From a virus, in the IMG/VR virus record IMGVR_UViG_3300009347_000009, positions 511-64,510 of that record: a stretch of 64,000 nt of DNA; one strand, 5' to 3'. Under the pieces are notes generated by a model. It had not been told where the DNA came from and ran no database searches. It saw only the letters and a program-made list of their open reading frames with translations. The stretch's first letter is position 1; each line of letters opens with the position of its first letter. Of the stretch, positions 20,234 to 27,700 are shown piece by piece. A program made the translations under genes and the position numbers.

Positions 20234-20878
20234 TCAGTACCCGTTGATCATCTTGTTGCGCTGCTGGAAAGTCTGCGTGTAGCGCGGCGTGCTCTGGTAT
20301 GCCTTACCAGCCTCGGCCATCGACATGGCTTTGGGCGCGTCGCGCATCTGTAGCAGCTTGTTCGTGCCGTAGGTTGCGCCCACCGACGCCAGACCGCCGA
20401 TCAGCGCCGCGCGCTCGCCCGCTTTGGCCTGCTGCTCAGCCATCTTGTCGCGCACGGACTGGATAGCCGCCTCGGTCTGGATCTGCCCGGCCTGACTCAG
20501 TGATTTGGTCGCGTCCGCCGTGGCGCCAAGGCCCACACCCAAGGCATCCAGCCGGGACTGATCGCGTTCAGCAAGCCCCTGCTGCTGGCCGCCCACCCGC
20601 GCCTGCGTGATCGCGCCGGCCAAACCGGAGGTGTCCATACCGCCGCCGGTCATCGCTGTGGCTCGCAGCGTCTCGGTTGCCTCGCGCATGCCTGCGGAAC
20701 CGGCTTGCCCGGCCAAACGCCCCGAGAAGTCCTGACTCGCTTCGCTGACCATGCGCTGAGCCAGCGGGACGTAGGTCGACTTGTAGTAGTCGTACTGGTC
20801 CTTGGCCAACTGGGCCTGGATCTTTTCGCCCTTGGACACCGGCGTCGGTGCCGGCTTATCACCGCCTCCACCGCTCAT
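20234..20878 (-). CDS. Internal virion protein
   Basis: MSGGGG N-terminus, Gly/Ala-rich, typical of ejection proteins. Confidence 0.55.
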   Translation of the reverse strand: MSGGGGDKPAPTPVSKGEKIQAQLAKDQYDYYKSTYVPLAQRMVSEASQDFSGRLAGQAGSAGMREATETLRATAMTGGGMDTSGLAGAITQARVGGQQQGLAERDQSRLDALGVGLGATADATKSLSQAGQIQTEAAIQSVRDKMAEQQAKAGERAALIGGLASVGATYGTNKLLQMRDAPKAMSMAEAGKAYQSTPRYTQTFQQRNKMINGY

Positions 20879-21495
20879 TAGATACCCCCGTACTTCACAA
20901 CCCGGATCACCGGGGCTTGTTGCGAGTCCGCCTGACGTTGAGCCTGCAGCATCTGACCGTTGGCCATCGCCTGATAGTTCATTGCCCCCTGCGGGTCACT
21001 CCACGGCACGTTGCGCATCATCAGCAGCTTGGCCAGCGCGCCGTACAGGATGCCGTCGCGGTGCTGATCGAACAGCTCGTCGGGCAGCTCCTCCAGCGAG
21101 CGCAGCGGCAGCAGTGCGACGTTGGCCTCCACACCGTCGAGGATGTAGCTCTGGTCGGGCACCGAGTCCAGATGGACCACCCGGGTGATACCGTTGATCG
21201 CATACCCGGTCGGCCGGGCAGTCACGTCGCGCAGATTGCGCGGGGAGACAGCCTGCAGCACCTTGCCGGCGAGCTTGGCCCAGTACACGCGCAGCACCGC
21301 GGTACCCGTCGGCAGGTCCAGCTCAACGACGCGGTCGCCGGCCGTCACCGAGGCGGGCTCCGTGGTGAAGCGCCACGCCTTGGACTCGCGGTAGAACTCG
21401 ACCATGGCCGTGCGCAGGTGGCGCACGATCAGCGGCTCAGGGCAGCCCTGCGCCTCGATCATGGCCTCGGGGAGAAGCTCCTCGACGTAGTTCAT
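20878..21495 (-). CDS. Head-tail adaptor / tail tubular-like protein
   Basis: GCPEPLI...EFYRESKAW; GALAKLLMM...PWSDP motifs. Confidence 0.6.
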   Translation of the reverse strand: MNYVEELLPEAMIEAQGCPEPLIVRHLRTAMVEFYRESKAWRFTTEPASVTAGDRVVELDLPTGTAVLRVYWAKLAGKVLQAVSPRNLRDVTARPTGYAINGITRVVHLDSVPDQSYILDGVEANVALLPLRSLEELPDELFDQHRDGILYGALAKLLMMRNVPWSDPQGAMNYQAMANGQMLQAQRQADSQQAPVIRVVKYGGI

Positions 21496-22139
21496 TCTTG
21501 AACGCCCCCTTGGGTGGTGCTCGACGCCCCCACGGCGGCGGTAAAGGCCGCATAGTGCTTGGCCGATCGCTCAGCGTTGCCCGGGTGGTCGCTGTCCTTG
21601 TCAAAGGCGCGATAGAGCATGTAGTCGAGCAGTGCGTTGTTGAAGACGTCGCGCACCCCGGTGGCGGTGTCCACAGACGTCGCGGTGCCGGGCTCGAAAC
21701 AGGCCAGCAGCTCCACCTGCCCCGTGCCGTCGTTGGCCGGGAACACGCTGAACGCCAGTGGCTCGTTGTCGTCGTAGCAGTAGTGGCGCACCTCGGCGGC
21801 CTCGGGGAACACCTCGGTGTCCTCCCAGCCAGGGTGCATCGCGTCAAGGATGCGGCGCTCGACCTGAGTGACCACGCGGCCCGCAACGCGCGGGCTGGTG
21901 GAGCGCAGGTTGGCCACTACACGCAGGAGCAGGAAAGCCCCTGCTGGCAGCTGCTGGAGAGTGCCCGTCTCTAGCACGATGGCTGCACGGCGGGCGAACT
22001 CGGTAGGCCGGTAGACGGACAGCTCGCGCCGCCCGTCGTTGAACCAGCCCAGCAGCTCAGCCTCGTTCCAGCGGGTGCCGTTCGCGTCCTGCAGAATAGT
22101 CTGGGCGCGTTGGACAAGCCCACGGATCGAGGTCGCCAT
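21492..22139 (-). CDS. Head-tail adaptor-like protein
   Basis: ILQD...RWNEAELLGWFNDG...ALLDYMLYRAFDKD conserved pattern. Confidence 0.65.
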   Translation of the reverse strand: MATSIRGLVQRAQTILQDANGTRWNEAELLGWFNDGRRELSVYRPTEFARRAAIVLETGTLQQLPAGAFLLLRVVANLRSTSPRVAGRVVTQVERRILDAMHPGWEDTEVFPEAAEVRHYCYDDNEPLAFSVFPANDGTGQVELLACFEPGTATSVDTATGVRDVFNNALLDYMLYRAFDKDSDHPGNAERSAKHYAAFTAAVGASSTTQGGVQE

Positions 22140-22142
22140 GGA

Positions 22143-22496
22143 TTACTCCTGCGGGCGGGCTTTCACTACTTCCCAAGCGGCGTCGCGCTGGGCGTCAGTC
22201 ACAGCTTTGCCGGCGATAGCACGGATGGCTGCCAGCTTTGGCTCACCGTCGGCGGTAAACGCCTTGGGGTCGCCTTTTTCGATCAGGGCGTCGATGGCCG
22301 CCACGACATCAGCCAGGGCCGGGCCTTCCTCTGCAACCGGTGCCGGGGCCTCGCCCTCCTCGGACACGCCGCGAGTCAGGGCCACCGGGATAAGCTCCGG
22401 GTGCAGCTCGGTCGGGATGCCCGCTTCCATCCGCACTGCGATGCCGATGGCGTTGGAAATCATTTGGGTAACGGGGGAAACGAAACGCTTGGTCAT
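22143..22496 (-). CDS. Hypothetical protein following capsid
   Basis: 117 aa, FTADGEPK motif, AAGGA SD. Confidence 0.65.
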   Translation of the reverse strand: MTKRFVSPVTQMISNAIGIAVRMEAGIPTELHPELIPVALTRGVSEEGEAPAPVAEEGPALADVVAAIDALIEKGDPKAFTADGEPKLAAIRAIAGKAVTDAQRDAAWEVVKARPQE

Positions 22497-22516
22497 GTTC
22501 TTGTCCTTGTTAGGTC

Positions 22517-22542
22517 AAAAAAGGGTGGCCCGAAGGCCACCC
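22517..22542 (-). terminator. Intrinsic terminator after capsid gene
   Basis: GGGTGGCC-TTCG-GGCCACCC-TTTTTT. Confidence 0.9.
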
Positions 22543-22555
22543 AACCCACTCCCAA

Positions 22556-23695
22556 TCAGCTCAGGACCGACAGGCCGGTGTCGAGGGTGATGACACCGAA
22601 GTCTTCCTTGGTCGCGTAGCTGGACAGGTTGCCCTTGAACTGCGGCTTCAAGAAGCCGGCCATCTTGGCAACCGAGATACCCAGCTGGTTCTCGTAGTCG
22701 AAGGTGTCTTCGACCCACTCGGCAGTGCCGATGTCGGCCATACCCAGCGCCTGGGCACCGCACAGCAGCGCACGCTGACCGTGGGTGTTACCGGAGGCGC
22801 CGAACTTCTGGCCGGCAGCTGCGCCAGAGGTGTCGTAGACGTGGCGGTACTCGTGGACGATCATGCCGTCGACCATCACGCTGGAGGCGCCGCTGAACAG
22901 GCTGTTGGACTCGCCGCGAACGCCCGCATGGCGGATGTTGGCGATGAAATCCGGGTCCAGACGCAGGTCGGCCATGCCCATCGGGGTCACGAACACGTGG
23001 TAAATCTCGTTGCCACCGCTGCCCTTAATCGGACGGATGTAGCTGTCCTTGGCGGCGGCTTTCAGCTGCACCAGCGACTTGTAGGTCATGGTGACCAGCG
23101 AGCCTTCGGCGGCCGAGTTACCGGTACCGCGGGTCAGACCTGCCGATTTCAGGTGGAAGCAGCGGTTGGCGGTCGGGGCCGGGGACGCCTCGGCGAACTC
23201 CAGGTCGGAGAAGTTCTTACCGGCAGCCAGTACCGGGCGCAGCGCACCGTTGGTCTGGCGGGTGTACGGCATCGAGGACAGGGTCAGGAAGGCCAGCTGG
23301 TCCAGACGGTCAGCGATCCAGTAGCCCAGGGCGTCCTTGGAGGCGTTTCGGAAGTTCACGATGGACTTCTGATCAGCCATGCGACCTTCGATACGGTTCG
23401 CGTGACGCAGCTGGTCGAACAGGATGACCGCCTCGTAGCTGTTCAGCGCTTCTTCGCTGTCCTCCAGCTTGGTGTCGCCCACAACACCGTCGCCGAGCAG
23501 GTCGGCCAACAGGGTGATAACGGCGCGGGTGCCCTTCTTGGACTTGGTGAGCTCGGTGACCTGCTGGATCATCGAGTTCGGGCCGGTGCCCAGGAACTGG
23601 GAAATGAAGGCGTTGTTGCGCGCGTGGTGCCAGAAGGCCATACCCCACGCGGTTTTCTGCTCGGCAGTCAGAGCAGCAAAGTTAGTAAGTGCCAT
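22556..23695 (-). CDS. Major capsid protein (N4-gp56-like family)
   Basis: MALTNFAAL...LLADLLGDGVVGD.KLE..EEAL; LLCGAQALGMADIG; strong codon bias; followed by terminator. Confidence 0.9.
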   Translation of the reverse strand: MALTNFAALTAEQKTAWGMAFWHHARNNAFISQFLGTGPNSMIQQVTELTKSKKGTRAVITLLADLLGDGVVGDTKLEDSEEALNSYEAVILFDQLRHANRIEGRMADQKSIVNFRNASKDALGYWIADRLDQLAFLTLSSMPYTRQTNGALRPVLAAGKNFSDLEFAEASPAPTANRCFHLKSAGLTRGTGNSAAEGSLVTMTYKSLVQLKAAAKDSYIRPIKGSGGNEIYHVFVTPMGMADLRLDPDFIANIRHAGVRGESNSLFSGASSVMVDGMIVHEYRHVYDTSGAAAGQKFGASGNTHGQRALLCGAQALGMADIGTAEWVEDTFDYENQLGISVAKMAGFLKPQFKGNLSSYATKEDFGVITLDTGLSVLS

Positions 23696-23863
23696 TTGGC
23701 GCTCCCATTAGCCGCACGTTCGCGCGGCACAAAAGTGGTTTTTGTGTGCCTGCGCCCGTGTCGTGGGAGCCAAACGAAAATGTGCGCGAGGGGAGCGACC
23801 CGGCCCTGTGTCGTCGGGCTAGTACGAGTTAGGCATATATTAGCACTGCTGATACATAAGAAG

Positions 23864-23887
23864 AAGCCCCGCAGTGCGGGGCTTTTT
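23864..23887. terminator. Probably bidirectional terminator after scaffold-like gene
   Basis: AAGCCCCGCA-G-TGCGGGGCTTTTT. Confidence 0.75.
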
Positions 23888-23895
23888 CAGTAGGC

Positions 23896-24954
23896 TCAGA
23901 TGACGTTGCCGAGCAATCGGTCGCGGACCGACTGGGGCAGCGCCATGAACTCGTCAGGGCTGGCGTTGTTGATGTCAAACGCCGGCTCGCTTTCGTCGCG
24001 GTTGCCAGCGACTTTCGGCGGGGCCTTGGTGGCCTTCTCGATCTTCGCCGCGGTCTTGGCCTGCTGCTCCTGCTTGGCCTTACTGGTGGCCGGTGCCACC
24101 GGGGCCTTGCGGTTCTCCAGCCCGTGGACCTTGGCCACGTACTCGGCGGCCTTCTGAGTGGCCTCCGAAATACTGTAGCCCTTGTCGATGAAGCTCTTTT
24201 GCAGGATCACCGACTCGCTGGCCAGCTCCTCGTCGAAGTCATCCGAGCCGTCGTCCAGCTCCGGGTAGCTCTCGAACACGTCGCTCAGCACCTGCTCGAA
24301 CTGCATGCTCTCGCGCACGCGGGCGACCACATCGGCCTCGGCAGGTGCCTGCTGTTGCGCCGGCGCCTGACGCGGGGCCAGGGCCGCGAGTACCTCGGCC
24401 TGCAGCGCAGCAGCCTTCTCAGTCTCGCCGGCGATCAGAGCGGTGTTCGCCTCGACCATCTTGGCCTGAATCTCCTCGGTGGAGAGCGGCTTCGGCGCAG
24501 CAGCCTGGGCGGCGGCAGCCTCCATTTCGGCGATGCGCTGCTCCAGCTCTTGGGCCTTCTGCTCAGCCATGCGCTGCTTGCGCAGTGCCTGATCGAAGCG
24601 GGCCTTCGGGATGGCCGGGCCTTTCGGCTTGCCCTTGCCAGCGGGGTTTACTTCATTGCCGTCTTCGTCAACTTCACGAGTGCCTTCTTCGCCACCTGAC
24701 GCCGATTCCTCGCCGTCATCACCGGACGATGCCTCACCGTCGTCAGCGTCCGAATCAGCGTCAGCGCCGCCGGCTCCTTGAGTTGTACCATCAGCATCGC
24801 CACCGCCGGCGCCGGTGTCAGCATCAGTGTTATCGCCGCCGCCAGTTTCAGTGCCCGCATCGAGGTCGTCCTCATTGAAGTCGTTGCCGAAGTCGAGGCC
24901 TTCTGGAAGGCCCGGTTTGGGATCGCCGCCTGCGAAGATCAGATCGTCAGCCAT
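23896..24954 (-). CDS. Scaffolding-like protein
   Basis: Acidic N-terminus, IPKARFD motif, coiled coil; between portal and capsid. Confidence 0.7.
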   Translation of the reverse strand: MADDLIFAGGDPKPGLPEGLDFGNDFNEDDLDAGTETGGGDNTDADTGAGGGDADGTTQGAGGADADSDADDGEASSGDDGEESASGGEEGTREVDEDGNEVNPAGKGKPKGPAIPKARFDQALRKQRMAEQKAQELEQRIAEMEAAAAQAAAPKPLSTEEIQAKMVEANTALIAGETEKAAALQAEVLAALAPRQAPAQQQAPAEADVVARVRESMQFEQVLSDVFESYPELDDGSDDFDEELASESVILQKSFIDKGYSISEATQKAAEYVAKVHGLENRKAPVAPATSKAKQEQQAKTAAKIEKATKAPPKVAGNRDESEPAFDINNASPDEFMALPQSVRDRLLGNVI

Positions 24955-24957
24955 GGA

Positions 24958-27135
24958 TTACTCCTTGGATTTCTTGGGGGTGGGCTTTTTGCCTGCCTTG
25001 TCCGTGGCGGCTTTTGCGCTGCGCTCGGCAGCGCGCAACTGGACCTCGCCCTGGAAGCGGGTAGTGGCCAGTTGAGCAGCAGTGCGGAGCTGTTCGCCCT
25101 GTGCACGCGCTTGGTGGGTAAGTTGGGCCAGCTGCAGACGAGTCTGCAGCTCCTCGCGCTTGAGGCGGATCTTCGCCTCCAGCTCCTCGCGCTTGAACTG
25201 CTGCTCGGGGGCGTCGTCGCCGCCGGCGGACTGGCTGGTCTTGGCCATGTTGAGCGCGGTGATCGACTTGAGGTTCTCGGCCTGTGCCATGAGCTTCTCC
25301 AGCTCGGCCTGCGCCGTCTGGATCGCCAGCTGCTGCTGGACCTGCATCATTTCGATTTCCTGCTCGGTCGGCTCGGCCTGACCCAGCAGCTTCTCGACCT
25401 CGGCCGCAATCTCGTCGCGGTTGGCGAGGTTGCTGTGGCGGATAATGATGGAGTCTGGGATGGCGATGCCGTTCATGCGCATGTCCATCAGGTCGGCGAA
25501 CTGGCCCTCGTCGTAGTTGTCGCGGGTCGGCGCCGTGCTCACCACCACTTCGTAGTCACCGGTGGTGACGTTGTTGATCAGCTGGCCGGCGGCGTCGATC
25601 GTGTTGAGGGTGATCTGCTCGTCCTCGACCATCGGGTTGTGGTCGTAGGTGATATGGACCACGCGCTCCTCGGTGTAGAAGTCCTGCACCAGTTCGAGCA
25701 CCTTCTTGGCCACCAGATTGCGGGTGTACTCCAGATGGGTAGCCGGCACCTCCAGCTGGACCTGGCCCTGCTGGGTCTTGCGGTCCAGCGCTACGCCGGA
25801 CACCGACGGGGCGGCAAAGCCCAGCATGCCGTCGTTCACGCCCGAGATTTCGCGGATCGAGAACGCCGCCTTCTCGCTGATGCGGTCGATGCCGGTCGGC
25901 ACCTGATTGGGCTGGATCTTCTGCGGCGGGTTCGAGCCTCGCGCGTGCTCCAGTACCAGACCGGTTTCAGCACCACGCTCGGCCAGCTCGTCAGCGGTCA
26001 TGTTGACGAGGGTGCCCTCCTCCACCGTCCAGCCGCTGTTGGCGGTCGTGTTGACGATGTGGAGCTCCTGGCTGCGGGTCTTGTTCAGGTACTCCTGCGG
26101 CCCGACCAGATTGCGCACCATGCCGAACGGCTTGCCGCGGCGGAAATACGGGAAGAACGGCACCACGGTGAAGGTGCGGTACAGCGACCAGTCGTCGTAG
26201 AGCAGCACACTGTCAGCACTGACGGTCCACCGTACACGGCGGCCGGCGCGCTTGTGCATGAACAACTGGGTCTTCTTGGCGAAGGCCTGGGCCTTCTTGT
26301 CGCTCCACCCGCTCGGCACCTCAGCCATGTCGCCGGTCTGCGGGTCGACGAACATGCGCTCCATGGTCCACTTGTAATACTGGCGCTCGATGACGCGCAC
26401 GGACTTGATGTCGCGGGCCTCGACGTCGCCGTTGGCGTAGACGTAGGCCTGCGCCTTGGCTTTGCCGGCGCCGAAGCCGTTCTCCTCGAAGCGGACCGAG
26501 TCGTAGCGGTAGTTGTCGCCGCCGGCCACGTTGGCCTTGAGCGAGTCCACCTTGTCCTGTCCGTACTTGGAGCCGATTTCATCGAGCGACATCCAGCGGG
26601 TGACCGTCACCTCGTCCCAGGTAGACGGGTCGTACTCCTTGGCATCCGGGTCGAGCACCACCGATACCGGGTCGAGGGAGGTGATTTCCACCTCGCCGCC
26701 CATGTGGTCGTCGAAGTTGACGCGGATGTCGAAGAATCCCCGGTCTTGGATCAGGCCGTCGCTGACGACCATCATTTCCTGATACTTATAGCGGTTAGCG
26801 TGCAGGATCTGCATGGTCAGCTTGTTCAGTACAGTGGCCACCGGGCGCGAGGCATTGAGGCGGGGCTTGAAGCTGAACTGCACGCTGCGCTTGAGGTGGT
26901 CGCCCAGCGCAGTGTTGATCACCGCGAGGATCATGTTGAAGGTGAGCGCCGGGCGCCCCTCCTTCTCCAGCTTGGTCTTGACCGCCTCGTCCCACTGCCC
27001 ATCGCCAGTGTAGAAACCGTCGAATTTGGCCGCGAGCTCCAGGTACTGGGCGTGACCGTTATCACGCGCGCGGACGTAGCGCTCATGGTTACGACGGGCG
27101 ATGGTGTTCGGGTCGGCTGCGGCCACTGGGGTCAC
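24958..27135 (-). CDS. Portal protein (P22-like)
   Basis: FYTGDGQW...GRPALTFNMI; GMVRNLVGPQEYLNK; C-terminal coiled barrel. Confidence 0.9.
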   Translation of the reverse strand: MTPVAAADPNTIARRNHERYVRARDNGHAQYLELAAKFDGFYTGDGQWDEAVKTKLEKEGRPALTFNMILAVINTALGDHLKRSVQFSFKPRLNASRPVATVLNKLTMQILHANRYKYQEMMVVSDGLIQDRGFFDIRVNFDDHMGGEVEITSLDPVSVVLDPDAKEYDPSTWDEVTVTRWMSLDEIGSKYGQDKVDSLKANVAGGDNYRYDSVRFEENGFGAGKAKAQAYVYANGDVEARDIKSVRVIERQYYKWTMERMFVDPQTGDMAEVPSGWSDKKAQAFAKKTQLFMHKRAGRRVRWTVSADSVLLYDDWSLYRTFTVVPFFPYFRRGKPFGMVRNLVGPQEYLNKTRSQELHIVNTTANSGWTVEEGTLVNMTADELAERGAETGLVLEHARGSNPPQKIQPNQVPTGIDRISEKAAFSIREISGVNDGMLGFAAPSVSGVALDRKTQQGQVQLEVPATHLEYTRNLVAKKVLELVQDFYTEERVVHITYDHNPMVEDEQITLNTIDAAGQLINNVTTGDYEVVVSTAPTRDNYDEGQFADLMDMRMNGIAIPDSIIIRHSNLANRDEIAAEVEKLLGQAEPTEQEIEMMQVQQQLAIQTAQAELEKLMAQAENLKSITALNMAKTSQSAGGDDAPEQQFKREELEAKIRLKREELQTRLQLAQLTHQARAQGEQLRTAAQLATTRFQGEVQLRAAERSAKAATDKAGKKPTPKKSKE

Positions 27136-27177
27136 CTCAAATATCAGCAGTGCTTATTCTATCACGCGCAGCAGGAC

Positions 27178-27423
27178 TTAGAAGCCGCCCGGCTTGGCGA
27201 TGCTGCGGATCAGCCACATCATGCCCTGCTGCAGATTGGTCTTGGCGATAGCCAGGGCACGTTTGTCCGGCACCTGATCGCTGGTCCGGGCGAACTCGGC
27301 ACTCTCCAGCCGTTCGATCAGCTCGCCAATCTGGTTGCCGAGAGTCTTGCCCTCATTCATCAGGTCGATTTCTTCTTGCGACAGGTCGCGGTAGCCCTTG
27401 ATCAGCTTGTGTTGGTCTTGCAC
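27178..27423 (-). CDS. acb2: Anti-CBASS cyclic nucleotide sponge, Acb2 family
   Basis: GTG start with AGGAG SD; QHKLIKGYRDLSQEEIDLMN..K and LAIAKTNLQQGMMWLIRSIAKP match the Acb2 pattern as I recall it. Confidence 0.85.
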   Translation of the reverse strand: MQDQHKLIKGYRDLSQEEIDLMNEGKTLGNQIGELIERLESAEFARTSDQVPDKRALAIAKTNLQQGMMWLIRSIAKPGGF

Positions 27424-27433
27424 GGCGGTACTC

Positions 27434-27697
27434 CTAGCAGGTGATGGTGGGGTTGGGGTGCATGCGGTTGCGCTGCATCCAGTCGCGTACCTCAGTGGGC
27501 AGCTGGTCGGCTGGGGTCCCATCATTTAGCGGCCGGCGCACATTGGCGGGGAACGTCAGCGAAGGGCTAGTCGGGGTCTTCTTCTCGAACACCAGGGCCA
27601 GATGGTCGCGGATCGCCTGCCACTGAGCGGCAGACGGGGCATCGGGGGTCAGCTCGGCGAAGCCTTGCATCCAGTAGGCGAATTGCTCGGGGGTCAT
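27434..27697 (-). CDS. Conserved hypothetical phage protein
   Basis: MTPEQFAYWMQGFAEL...QWQAIRDHLALVF. Confidence 0.7.
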   Translation of the reverse strand: MTPEQFAYWMQGFAELTPDAPSAAQWQAIRDHLALVFEKKTPTSPSLTFPANVRRPLNDGTPADQLPTEVRDWMQRNRMHPNPTITC

Positions 27698-27700
27698 GGG

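Noticed and set aside
24778..27444. 888-aa plus-strand ORF and similar long antisense ORFs (1751-3436, 9645-11735, 12585-14378, 52099-54099, 40328-41806)
   Set aside because: Antisense shadows of real genes in GC-rich DNA; no motifs or SD, unlike the two nested HNH ORFs, which carry clear family motifs
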